Positions 49,138 through 58,837 of a stretch of DNA of 64,000 bases are shown here, piece after piece. Origin of the DNA: Coprothermobacterota bacterium (GTDB taxonomy: Bacteria > Coprothermobacterota > HKB111); the NCBI GenBank assembly GCA_037440465.1, contig JBBIUB010000001.1, forward strand, positions 1-64,000, in the 5' to 3' direction. The notes under the pieces are model-generated. The model worked only from the letters and a program-made list of their open reading frames with translations. It was not told the DNA's origin and did no database searches. Both the position numbers and the translations under genes were made by a program. Every line of letters starts with the position of its first letter. The first letter of the stretch is position 1.

Positions 49138-50028
49138 ATGCTGTATAATAGCAATTTGAACCCCTCAACCTTTTCCGGGGTGAGTAAGCTTTTATCTATA
49201 TTGAATATAACTCCTAATAAAAGGAAAGGTCAAAATTTTCTAATAGATCAGAACCTGGCAAACAAAATCACTTCTACTTTGAACATGGAAACCCATGAAA
49301 CAATACTTGAAGTAGGAGGTGGACTTTTATCTCTTAGTATGCCTCTCATAAGAGAGGGTAAAAAGCTAATAACTGTTGAGGTAGACCCTTCTTTCGTCCC
49401 ATGGTATGTGAAAGTTAAAAAAGTATATACAAACTTTGATTACTTAATAGCTGATATAAGAGATGTACTTGATAATGTTGATAATTATTTTAAAGAGAAT
49501 CCCCCAAGTCTTTTGCTTGGAAACCTTCCCTACTATTTAAGTACTCATTTATTATTTATTCTCTTTCCTTTAAGATGGTGGAAAGTAGCTGTTTTTACAC
49601 TTCAAAAAGAAGTTGTAGAAAGGTTAATGGCAATACCTGGCTCAAAAAATAGGTCACCGCTGACATTAATGAGAGAAGAATATGCAGGAATTGAACCCAT
49701 TTCAGAATTACCCCCATCTGTATTCTATCCAAAACCCGGAGTTTCTTCCTTAGCTGTAAAATTTACCAAAACAGAACCAATGGTTTCTTCAGAAAAAGAA
49801 GAAGCAGTTTTAAGAAAGATTATTTTCTACAGCTTCACAAAAAAAAGAAAGACAATTCTTAACAGTCTAAGTATGTCCACCTTGAATTTAGGTAAAGAAA
49901 AGGTGTTTTATCTTCTGAAAGAAACGAATATTGACCCCCAATTAAGAGCGGAAGATTTAAGTTTTAATGACTTCCTCAACCTCACTCATACTTTTCTAAG
50001 ACATGACTTTTCCATCACTGACTCTTAA
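49138..50028 (+). CDS. rsmA: 16S rRNA (adenine-N6)-dimethyltransferase
   Basis: GQNFLID, GNLPYY, LQKEV, FYPKPGV.S, RAEDL; precedes ispE. Confidence 0.92.
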   Translation: MLYNSNLNPSTFSGVSKLLSILNITPNKRKGQNFLIDQNLANKITSTLNMETHETILEVGGGLLSLSMPLIREGKKLITVEVDPSFVPWYVKVKKVYTNFDYLIADIRDVLDNVDNYFKENPPSLLLGNLPYYLSTHLLFILFPLRWWKVAVFTLQKEVVERLMAIPGSKNRSPLTLMREEYAGIEPISELPPSVFYPKPGVSSLAVKFTKTEPMVSSEKEEAVLRKIIFYSFTKKRKTILNSLSMSTLNLGKEKVFYLLKETNIDPQLRAEDLSFNDFLNLTHTFLRHDFSITDS

Positions 50029-50866
50029 ATCTCCTGCTAAGATAAACTTAACTCTTGATATAAAAGGACTCAGGAATGATGGGTTTCACAATATTGACTC
50101 CTTAATAACATTATTGTCATTACATGACGAAATAATATTTACACCTGGTAAAAGAGGTGTCGAGTTTACCTTTTTATATGATTCTGGACAATGGGATCAT
50201 TCATTATCAACAGTTCACCAAGCACTAATACTTTTTAATGAATATTTCAAAATGACTAAAGATATTAAAATAAAGGTTATCAAAAGAATACCTCCTAAAA
50301 GTGGTCTTGGAGGAGGAAGCAGTAACGGTGCTACTGTTCTTAGGGGATTAAACATTTTACACAATAACCCTTTAAGTATAGATAATCTACATAAATTGGC
50401 TATGCAAATAGGTTCTGATGTTCCTCTCTTTGTTAGAAAAGGTGGTTGGATGAGGATTACTGGTAGAGGAGAAATAATTGAAGAGTTACCCCTTGATCTT
50501 TCACTTTTCCTTGTAATTGTTCTAACCAGAATAAATATATCTACTAAACAAGCATACAGTTTTTGGGATGAAAAAGTGAATGAATATACTTCCTACACTG
50601 AAAATTTTTTATCTTCGTTAACGATAAATGATTTGGGTAACTCCTTCTTCCCAATAGTTGAAAAAAGGTTTCCCGAAATTCAATCTCTAAAAGGAATTCT
50701 ATTAAATGAAGGTGCTCCTGCTATTGGATTGAGCGGAAGTGGTGGAACTCTTTTTGTTCCTTTCAGTAATATTATAGAAGCAAACTCGTTTTATAAAAAA
50801 ATATATCCATTAATGGGGAAAAAAGGAGTTAAGACATTATTTGAAACTGTTCCAAATTACTTATAA
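50003..50866 (+). CDS. ispE: 4-diphosphocytidyl-2-C-methyl-D-erythritol kinase
   Basis: PAKINL.L, KRIP..SGLGGGSSN, GSDVP, GRGE, SGSG. Confidence 0.93.
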   Translation: MTFPSLTLKSPAKINLTLDIKGLRNDGFHNIDSLITLLSLHDEIIFTPGKRGVEFTFLYDSGQWDHSLSTVHQALILFNEYFKMTKDIKIKVIKRIPPKSGLGGGSSNGATVLRGLNILHNNPLSIDNLHKLAMQIGSDVPLFVRKGGWMRITGRGEIIEELPLDLSLFLVIVLTRINISTKQAYSFWDEKVNEYTSYTENFLSSLTINDLGNSFFPIVEKRFPEIQSLKGILLNEGAPAIGLSGSGGTLFVPFSNIIEANSFYKKIYPLMGKKGVKTLFETVPNYL

Positions 50867-51734
50867 AAAAACTGGTTACCTGATGATCTTCTTAGCAGCA
50901 TCAATATGGGGTTCCCTGGGAGTCCTGGGTAAGATAGCTTATCAGGAGGGATTTGCTCCTTTAGAACTCATGATTTACAGAAGTATCCTGGCTTCACTAG
51001 TATTAGCCATTATTCTCTTGATTTACAAACCAGGGCTTTACATAATTGACATCAGAGATATACCCTTCTTTTTGGTCTATGGTACCCTGAGCGTGGGAAT
51101 TTTTTATCTCCTCTACTTCTCTTCCCTTCTCTACCTGAAGGTAGGAGTGGCCAGTGCTCTTCTTTACACGGCTCCATTTTTCGTGGTAATCATGTCAAGA
51201 ATTATCTTTAAAGAACCAATTAGCTTTTTAAAAATATTTGCTCTAATAAGCACAATAACCGGGGTAATTCTACTGGGGAAAGTATTTCCTCTGGATAATC
51301 TAAACATTCTTATGTTTAAAGGTTTAATGTATGGACTTGGCTCAGGATTTACCTATGCCCTGTACACCATTTTTGGCAAAAAGGCTCTGACTAAATATTC
51401 TCCTGCTACTCTTATATTTTACACCCTCATATCTGGGTCATTAACTTTAGTACTTTTTCTGATTCTTAAGAGAGAACCACTGAATTTCCTCCTTACTCCA
51501 AAAGCCATCCTATCAGTAGTTCTGTTGAGCCTGATAACCACTCTTTTAGCCTATTATCTTTATGTAGAAGGTTTAAAGAGAGTGGAAGCAGGTAGGGCCT
51601 CTATCCTGTCCACAATAGAACCTGTGGTGGCCTGGGGATTGGGATTTATCTTTTTAGGAGAACAACTAACATTATTAGAAGGCTTTGGCCTTTTTATGAT
51701 TTTAATAGGGGCCAGCATAGTCGTATCAAACTAA
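50841..51734 (+). CDS. EamA/DMT family transporter
   Basis: Ten TM segments in two EamA repeats; LLYTAP, IEPV; start uncertain. Confidence 0.88.
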   Translation: MKLFQITYKKTGYLMIFLAASIWGSLGVLGKIAYQEGFAPLELMIYRSILASLVLAIILLIYKPGLYIIDIRDIPFFLVYGTLSVGIFYLLYFSSLLYLKVGVASALLYTAPFFVVIMSRIIFKEPISFLKIFALISTITGVILLGKVFPLDNLNILMFKGLMYGLGSGFTYALYTIFGKKALTKYSPATLIFYTLISGSLTLVLFLILKREPLNFLLTPKAILSVVLLSLITTLLAYYLYVEGLKRVEAGRASILSTIEPVVAWGLGFIFLGEQLTLLEGFGLFMILIGASIVVSN

Positions 51735-51776
51735 ATAAAAGGTATAATTTATAAAAATTTACTAACTCTGGAAAAT

Positions 51777-53216
51777 ATGATAAACAATAAAAAATTAGAA
51801 TATTTGAAAATTAAATTAGCAAAGGCTATTAAGAAAGAAAGTGTCTCTCTTAATAAATTATATACTGCAAGATTAAAAAAAGACGGTGGAAATTCCTACC
51901 AGAAAATTCCTGAAGAAGAGCTGTCAAAAGACACATCCAGGGTTATTGAAGCTCACATCGCAATCCTTGAGAGAAATGACTGGAGTATTATTGAAGAATT
52001 TTCTGATTATATCACTGTTAAATTTGAAGAAGGATTTTCTTCCAAAGAAATATACCAGATATTCACAACAAGTGGAGTTGTTCTTAAAACCTTTATTAAA
52101 GACGGATTCTACCCTGAAGAAGCCTGTGAACTAATATCTATATTATGGGAGCAGGTAGAAAAAATCTACGAATTTGCTGACAAAAAATTAGATGAACTTG
52201 CTTCAGAAAGATATCAGGAAAAAATGCTGCATTTAACAACTATTTATAAAACAAGCATTGCTTGTAGTTCCACCATTAGACTTGAAGAAATAGCTGCAAC
52301 TGCTTTTAATAAGCTCAAGGAATTTTTACCGATGGAAAGTTTTTACCTGGCAATTTTCAAGGAAGATACTAATACTCTAAACTTTGACTATATTGTGGAC
52401 CAGGGGAATGTACTACCAAGTTTTTCCAGAAAATTAGAAGAGGGAGTAGAAACAATCTCTACCTGGGTTTTAAAGAATAAAACGCCTTTACTAATAAGGG
52501 ATTTGGAAAAAGAGACTTTACCAACAGGAATAGTTTTAGTGGGTACTCCACCAAACCCCCGTTCTATTCTCATTGTACCTCTTATACTTAAAAATAAACC
52601 TTTAGGAATTATTTCTCTTCAAGCATTCTCTCCCAATGCTTACGATGAGAAAATATTAGAACTTATAAAAATGATTGCTAATAATTTAGCTTTAGCTATT
52701 GATAATGCTTTTTTATATGAAAATACTTATGAATCTTCTATTACTGATTATCTTACTGGATTATACAATAGACTTCATTTCACAAATATTTTAAACCTGG
52801 AAATAAACCGCTCTAACAGGTATAAAACTAAATTTACCTTACTTATGGGTGATGTAGATGATTTTAAAATTTACAATGATAACCTTGGCTATTTAAAGGG
52901 AGATGAGATTCTAAAAGAAATTTCAAATGTCTTAAAAGAAAATGTTAGGTCATCCGATATCGTATTTCGCTTTGGTGGCGATGAATTCGTGATTCTTCTA
53001 CCCTCTAATGAGAGAGAATCAGCTAGGCCATTAATCAAAAGAATAAAGGAGGGGCTTTCAAGAATGAGTCCACTAGTATCTATGACCTGGAGTGTACTCT
53101 GTTATCCTGAAGACGCTCCGGATAAGGATGTCTTGATCTCTATGGCTGACACCATTCTCAAAGAAGGGAAAAGGATGCGAAATCACAACTTATTGGAACC
53201 GCCTCCTTTAAAATAA
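51777..53216 (+). CDS. Diguanylate cyclase with N-terminal helical domain, GAF and GGDEF
   Basis: GAF (SILIVPL..LGII), DYLTGLYNR, DVDDFK.YND..G, I-site RSSD, RFGGDEF. Confidence 0.92.
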   Translation: MINNKKLEYLKIKLAKAIKKESVSLNKLYTARLKKDGGNSYQKIPEEELSKDTSRVIEAHIAILERNDWSIIEEFSDYITVKFEEGFSSKEIYQIFTTSGVVLKTFIKDGFYPEEACELISILWEQVEKIYEFADKKLDELASERYQEKMLHLTTIYKTSIACSSTIRLEEIAATAFNKLKEFLPMESFYLAIFKEDTNTLNFDYIVDQGNVLPSFSRKLEEGVETISTWVLKNKTPLLIRDLEKETLPTGIVLVGTPPNPRSILIVPLILKNKPLGIISLQAFSPNAYDEKILELIKMIANNLALAIDNAFLYENTYESSITDYLTGLYNRLHFTNILNLEINRSNRYKTKFTLLMGDVDDFKIYNDNLGYLKGDEILKEISNVLKENVRSSDIVFRFGGDEFVILLPSNERESARPLIKRIKEGLSRMSPLVSMTWSVLCYPEDAPDKDVLISMADTILKEGKRMRNHNLLEPPPLK

Positions 53217-53229
53217 ATAAAATTAGCTT

Positions 53230-53445
53230 TTACTTATTTTCTTTTATATAATAACTATTACCTTCAATAAGAGCTCCAAAAAGCCCTACTTCATTTCCCC
53301 AATTATCTAACACTTTAACCTTACCTTTTAGAGCTTGTTTATAAACCTCTTCACTATATGCAAGGAGGGCATGTCTAACCTCCATCTTAGTAAAAAGATG
53401 AATCTCCACGCCCTCCACATAAACTAAAATTGTTTCTTTTTCCAA
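53230..53445 (-). CDS. Small hypothetical protein, possibly beta-grasp fold
   Basis: 71-aa ORF whose TTG start abuts the nucleotidase stop codon. Confidence 0.6.
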   Translation of the reverse strand: MEKETILVYVEGVEIHLFTKMEVRHALLAYSEEVYKQALKGKVKVLDNWGNEVGLFGALIEGNSYYIKENK

Positions 53446-55473
53446 CTATGGTTTAACTTTAATCCTTCCTTCTATGGTTGGGTTCAAGGTTTTTACTCTC
53501 TCAACATATCTGATAAAGGCATCTCTCAGGTAATCACCAGTATGTATTAGAAGCTTTCCTTTTGCAAAGACAGTATAACCATCCCCACCAACAGCCAAGA
53601 AGTCATTTGTAGCCACTTTGTAGGTCCTGGTTGAAACTATAGGCTTGTCACCAACAAAAATCTCTTCTACTCTGCTGTTTACAGGCTTCTTAGGGTCAAA
53701 GACAAAGGATATACCAGAAACCTGGAGAAAACCTCCTAATTCTGCAGGATATCTTGAAACAGATAATTCTAAAGCTTCTCTAATCTGAGCTCCTGTAAGT
53801 TCAATCACAACAAGATAATTATCAAAGGGTAAAACAGTGAAAACATGGTCCACCTTGATAAGTCCAGCTGGGATAGAAGCCCTAATTCCACCGCCATTTT
53901 GTAAAGCTATTTCAGCTCCTGACTCTATCCTCATAACATCAGCTACTAAATTACCCAGATTGGTTTCTCTTGTTCTTACGAAAGCCCGTGTCCCATCTAA
54001 GAGAACATTAGCTGCTCCTATAACTCGATCCATCTGAGTTTTTACCGCATCACTATAAGGCTTGATTAGAGAAGTTACTTGTGGATCTACTAATACATCA
54101 TTAGAAGTTGGAATAAGAGCACCTTTAACAAAAAGGTTCTCTTTTACTTTTGGAGTAGGGCTGTCTTTTTCGTAAATAATTTCTCCTTTTCTTACAGCAA
54201 CTGAAACACGACCAAGATTTCTGGTATGCTCGCCTGCCTGCACAATGAAAGTATTTCCAATTTTCTTAGGTTCTTCAACAACTGTATGTGAATGCCCCCC
54301 TATTATTAAATGAATTCCCTCCACAGATTCAGCTAACTTAACATCCTCAGAAAAACCTATATGTGTAAGAGCAACTATAATCTGAGCTTTTTGCTCTCTC
54401 AAGACCTTCACCATTTTTTTAGCTGTTTCTACTGGATCAAGAATTTTCAAGCCTTTAACATTATCAGGGTGAGTAACATAAGGAAGCTCCGTAGCTATCA
54501 AACCAAAGAACCCTACTTTTTGTCCCATCACATCTACAATACGGTAAGGAACAGCAAAGTACTCTTCCCTATTTTCATAAACCACATTACTGAGGATGTA
54601 TGGGAATGTTGTCTCTAAAAACCTATCTTTTAAGGTACTTTGACCATAATTGAAATCATGATTGCCCAGAGTTGCTACATTAACCCCAATAAGATTCATA
54701 GCTTCTATGGCAGGTTTTCCCTTAAACAGATTTACCAGATTAGTACCATGAATAGTATCTCCAAGGTCTGCAACTAAAGTCAAGGTAGGGTTTTTTGCTT
54801 TCTCAGTAGATATAAGTGTAGCAATCCTCCCAAAACCACCAATAGCAGGAAGTCCTGTGCCAGGAACAAACGGCTCAAGCCTACCATGGCTATCGTTTAA
54901 GTGTAGGAAGGTTATCGGTCCCCTTATTTTGTAAAGAAGTGCCCATATTTCAGCTTGGGTAAGCACAGAACGAGGTTTCAGTGATTTATCTGGATAACCT
55001 GTGATTATCTTCTCTTTAACAGCTACAGCTATAGATTTAATGAATAAAGGATTTATCTGGTCATAATCTTTATAAGGAGAAAGAATGGTATCTGCTTCTT
55101 TTAGTGACATTATTTTTGCCAATAGACGACGATTAGCTATTCTGATAATAATTGTTATAGCTTCTTCACGAGTGATGAAGTCTTCCGGTCTGAACGGTTC
55201 TCGGAGAATGAGATCAAGTTTTCTTCCCTGAGCTTCAAGCAACCATGTCTCTTCCTTCACTTCCACAGGATAAAGCTTTAAAGAAATCTTAAGAAACTCC
55301 TGATGTGTTACCCAATCGTAAGGTTTTAAAGGTTCTACAAAGTCCCCTGTTTCTGTAAAGAATTCTACAGCCTCTTTAATCCAAGCAGGTGTTATTTTTT
55401 CCTGGGAAAATAGAACTTGAGGAGAGAGAAAAATAGCCAATACAAGAGTTATTACCAGCAACTTTTTAAACAT
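53446..55473 (-). CDS. SLH-domain 5'-nucleotidase / metallophosphoesterase
   Basis: Signal peptide; SLH motifs (ITREEA, GYPDKSLKP..LTQAE); NDSHG, DLGD, GNHDF, GGHSH; C-terminal NGGGIR and GGDGY. Confidence 0.92.
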   Translation of the reverse strand: MFKKLLVITLVLAIFLSPQVLFSQEKITPAWIKEAVEFFTETGDFVEPLKPYDWVTHQEFLKISLKLYPVEVKEETWLLEAQGRKLDLILREPFRPEDFITREEAITIIIRIANRRLLAKIMSLKEADTILSPYKDYDQINPLFIKSIAVAVKEKIITGYPDKSLKPRSVLTQAEIWALLYKIRGPITFLHLNDSHGRLEPFVPGTGLPAIGGFGRIATLISTEKAKNPTLTLVADLGDTIHGTNLVNLFKGKPAIEAMNLIGVNVATLGNHDFNYGQSTLKDRFLETTFPYILSNVVYENREEYFAVPYRIVDVMGQKVGFFGLIATELPYVTHPDNVKGLKILDPVETAKKMVKVLREQKAQIIVALTHIGFSEDVKLAESVEGIHLIIGGHSHTVVEEPKKIGNTFIVQAGEHTRNLGRVSVAVRKGEIIYEKDSPTPKVKENLFVKGALIPTSNDVLVDPQVTSLIKPYSDAVKTQMDRVIGAANVLLDGTRAFVRTRETNLGNLVADVMRIESGAEIALQNGGGIRASIPAGLIKVDHVFTVLPFDNYLVVIELTGAQIREALELSVSRYPAELGGFLQVSGISFVFDPKKPVNSRVEEIFVGDKPIVSTRTYKVATNDFLAVGGDGYTVFAKGKLLIHTGDYLRDAFIRYVERVKTLNPTIEGRIKVKP

Positions 55474-55599
55474 AAAAACCTCCTATTATATATATTCATA
55501 AATATTTTATCACGCTGGTAATTAAATATATTGTTAAGATTATTTAGATACACTTTTAAACAGATAGAGTTGATCTTTGGAAGGGTGCAATAAATTCTG

Positions 55600-55608
55600 T
55601 GGTATAAT
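55600..55608 (+). promoter_or_regulatory. Extended -10 promoter element of ahcY
   Basis: TG-G-TATAAT about 25 nt upstream of the start codon. Confidence 0.55.
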
Positions 55609-55633
55609 CAGAGAAAAATGAGGTAATAACAAG

Positions 55634-56860
55634 ATGGAACTCCAAAAAGAGGACAACGGTAAACTGAAAATTGAGTGGGTAAAAACCCGTATGCCAGTTT
55701 TAAAGAAGATCGAAGAAGGATTTCAGAAAGAAAAGCCTTTCTCGGGTATAAGAATTGGAATGACAATTCACCTGGAAGCAAAAACGGCCTATTTAGCTTT
55801 AGTTTTTAAATCTGGTGGGGCAGAAGTTGCTTTATCGGGAAGTAATCCCCTTTCTACTCAAGACGATGTAGCCGAAGCACTTAAGAAAAATAGTGTTCAT
55901 ATATATGGACATTGGGGAGTTACCAATCAGGAATTCAAAGAAAACCTGAATCAGGTTCTAAACTATAAGCCTCAAATAATCATAGATGATGGTGGTGACC
56001 TAACTTTGTTATTACATAAAGAGCGTCGGGAACTACTACCTGGGGTGTTCGGATGTTGCGAAGAAACCACAACTGGTATCACCCGGATAAAAGCTTTAGA
56101 AAGAGAGGGAAAACTTTCATTCCCTGTTATTGGAGTTAATGATGCGCTATGCAAACATCTTTTTGATAATCGCTATGGAACTGGTCAATCTACCTGGGAT
56201 GGGATACTCAGGACGACTAACATAAATATAGCTGGGAAAATTGTTGTTATTGCAGGTTATGGCTGGGTAGGAAAAGGGGTAGCCTTAAGAGGAAAAGGTT
56301 TGGGAGCAAAGATAATAATCACTGAAGTAAATCCTGTAAAAGCCCTTGAAGCTCAAATGGAAGGATATGAAGTAATGACCATGAAAGAAGCTGCCAGAGT
56401 TGGAGACATCTTCATAACTGCTACTGGAAATATCCGGGTAATAGACAGGAATCATATAGGTATTATGAAAGATGGTGCTATTTTATGTAATACCGGTCAC
56501 TTTGATGTTGAAATTGATATACCTGCTCTTAGAGAACTCAGTAAGGAGATAAAACCTGTAAGAAAAAATATCAACCAATATACCCTTAAAGATGGTCGAA
56601 GAATTTACCTTCTTGGTGAGGGAAGATTGGTAAACTTAGCCTGTGCTGATGGACATCCTATTGAGATTATGGATCTTTCCTTTGGGCTACAGGCTTTATC
56701 TGCTCTTTATCTCCTAAAGTTTTACAGAACTCTTGAACCAAAGTTATACGGAGTACCTGAAGACATTGATAGAGAAATAGCAAATTTGTGCTTAAAAGCC
56801 CAAAAAATAGAAATAGATAGCCTAACTACTGAGCAAAAAACTTACATAAATAAAATTTAG
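55634..56860 (+). CDS. ahcY: Adenosylhomocysteinase family hydrolase (SAH/SIH hydrolase)
   Basis: SNPLSTQD, DDGGD, EETTTG, KHLFDNRYGTGQS, GYGWVGKG, GRLVNL. Confidence 0.96.
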   Translation: MELQKEDNGKLKIEWVKTRMPVLKKIEEGFQKEKPFSGIRIGMTIHLEAKTAYLALVFKSGGAEVALSGSNPLSTQDDVAEALKKNSVHIYGHWGVTNQEFKENLNQVLNYKPQIIIDDGGDLTLLLHKERRELLPGVFGCCEETTTGITRIKALEREGKLSFPVIGVNDALCKHLFDNRYGTGQSTWDGILRTTNINIAGKIVVIAGYGWVGKGVALRGKGLGAKIIITEVNPVKALEAQMEGYEVMTMKEAARVGDIFITATGNIRVIDRNHIGIMKDGAILCNTGHFDVEIDIPALRELSKEIKPVRKNINQYTLKDGRRIYLLGEGRLVNLACADGHPIEIMDLSFGLQALSALYLLKFYRTLEPKLYGVPEDIDREIANLCLKAQKIEIDSLTTEQKTYINKI

Positions 56861-56956
56861 CTCTTAGGCAGTAAGGTGATAATTTCTCAATACAGATCAA
56901 CTAATATAAAACCATTTCTTGGAAAAACTAATTTTATATACTAATAGAGGTGATAA

Positions 56957-57547
56957 ATGATGATAGAAACCCTTAAACTTGGTCCTTATCAAACTAATTG
57001 CTATATATTATATGAGGAAGGTCAGGCCATAGTAATAGACCCGGGTGCGAGTGATGAAGTCCTGGATTTTCTTAACAGGAATAAGTTAAAACTTCTTTAT
57101 ATATTAAACACCCATAGTCATGGAGATCATACAGGGGGAAATTACGCTCTAAAAAACAATATTGGAGCTCAAATATTGATTCACGAGAAAGATAACTTGG
57201 TAGAAGCAGATGGTTTCCTAAAGGACAAAGATGTTATTAATATTCCTCTTAATAATGATGAAATGACATTTAAGGTCATTCACACTCCAGGACATACTCC
57301 GGGGAGCATAGCTTTTTTAAGTAAATTCGGATTATTTTCTGGAGATACCATATTTAAAAGAGCTATAGGAAGGTTTGACCTTCCTTTCGCTTCTGCGAAA
57401 GAACTTAAAACTTCTCTTGAAAAAATCCTGTCAATTGTACCGCTTGACACAATAATATACCCTGGTCATGGACCTTCTACAATATTAAGAGATGAGGAGG
57501 TTTTTCTCAGGAGAATCATTAAGGAGCTATCTTCATATGAAACTTAA
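56957..57547 (+). CDS. Metallo-beta-lactamase fold hydrolase (glyoxalase II-like)
   Basis: THSHGDH, HTPGHTPG, SGD, PGHG. Confidence 0.92.
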   Translation: MMIETLKLGPYQTNCYILYEEGQAIVIDPGASDEVLDFLNRNKLKLLYILNTHSHGDHTGGNYALKNNIGAQILIHEKDNLVEADGFLKDKDVINIPLNNDEMTFKVIHTPGHTPGSIAFLSKFGLFSGDTIFKRAIGRFDLPFASAKELKTSLEKILSIVPLDTIIYPGHGPSTILRDEEVFLRRIIKELSSYET

Positions 57548-58835
57548 CCCTAATCTAAGGGAAGATGCTTCCTTTATAATTAGCTCTATTCTTAAATCAA
57601 TAAATCCTGAAAAGCTCATTAGAGAAAGGTTGACTTTAGAACTTCTTCAGGAAATAAACGGTTACAAAAGAGTTCTGGTCTTTGGTGCTGGAAAAGCCAG
57701 TTCACTAATGGCTATAGCTTTAGAAAAAATGTTAGGTGAAAAAGTTGCAGGTGGAATCCTGGTAGTTCCTGATGGTTATAAGTTACCCACTGGAGTAATT
57801 TCCATAAAGGAAGCATCTCATCCAATTCCTGACAAAAGAGGTTTACAAGCAGCCCAGGAGATAAGAAAGGCTGTTATAGATTCCCAGGAAGATGACCTTC
57901 TCATTTTTTTATTTTCAGGTGGTGGATCAGCCCTTCTACCTCTACCCTTCCCTCCTCTTACTTTGAGAGATTTACAGGAAACAACTAAGGAACTTCTTAA
58001 AGCTGGAGCCAATATAAAGGAGATAAATACTGTAAGAAAGCACATCTCACTTCTTCAAGGTGGTAGACTTGCCCAGATGGTCCGTGGACATTCCCTAACC
58101 TTTCTGTTATCTGATGTAGTAGGAGACGACCCAGGCACCATAGCCTCAGGACCCACCATACCGGATCTCAGCACCTTCCAGCAGGCAGAAGAGGTTTTAA
58201 AAAAGTACAATATCTTTGAAAAATTATCCAGCACTTTAAAGAACTTCTTAGAAGATGGCAAGAAAGGAACAATCCCAGAAACTCCTAAAGAGCTTCCTTC
58301 TACCCATAAACACATCCTCATAGGGTCAAACATTATCCCTCTCCAGGAAGCCTCAAAAACTGCTTCTTCTCTTGGCTATAAAACTTTAATCCTATCAGGT
58401 TTACTTGAGGGAGAAGCAAGTCTCGTGGGAAAAATCCTGGTTATTATAGGTAAAGAGATAAAGAGGTCAGGCAACCCTTTAGAACCCCCTGCCTGTCTTC
58501 TTATAGCTGGAGAGACAACAGTTAACGTGAAGGGTAAAGGAAAGGGAGGACGGAACCAGGAGGTAGTTTTAGGCGCTGGGGCTGAACTTGCATCTGACTC
58601 GGGGATTCTGATAGCCAGTTTTTCTACTGATGGGAAGGATGGTCCCACAAATTCTGCCGGTGCTATGGTGGATTCCGGTATAATGGAAAATGCTGCAAAG
58701 ATAAAGCTGGATACCAGGAAACACCTTGAGGAAAATAACTCCTTTAACTTCTTCCTTAGAGCTGGCGGACTCCTTATAACGGGTCCAACATACACTAATG
58801 TAGGTGACATCATGGTGATACTAGTAGGAGATTAA
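57537..58835 (+). CDS. Glycerate 2-kinase (MOFRL/GckA family)
   Basis: GAGKA, SGGGSAL, SDVVGD..IASGPT, GETTV, GGRNQE, TDG.DG, TNVGD; start moved to ATG 57537. Confidence 0.9.
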   Translation: MKLNPNLREDASFIISSILKSINPEKLIRERLTLELLQEINGYKRVLVFGAGKASSLMAIALEKMLGEKVAGGILVVPDGYKLPTGVISIKEASHPIPDKRGLQAAQEIRKAVIDSQEDDLLIFLFSGGGSALLPLPFPPLTLRDLQETTKELLKAGANIKEINTVRKHISLLQGGRLAQMVRGHSLTFLLSDVVGDDPGTIASGPTIPDLSTFQQAEEVLKKYNIFEKLSSTLKNFLEDGKKGTIPETPKELPSTHKHILIGSNIIPLQEASKTASSLGYKTLILSGLLEGEASLVGKILVIIGKEIKRSGNPLEPPACLLIAGETTVNVKGKGKGGRNQEVVLGAGAELASDSGILIASFSTDGKDGPTNSAGAMVDSGIMENAAKIKLDTRKHLEENNSFNFFLRAGGLLITGPTYTNVGDIMVILVGD

Positions 58836-58837
58836 AA

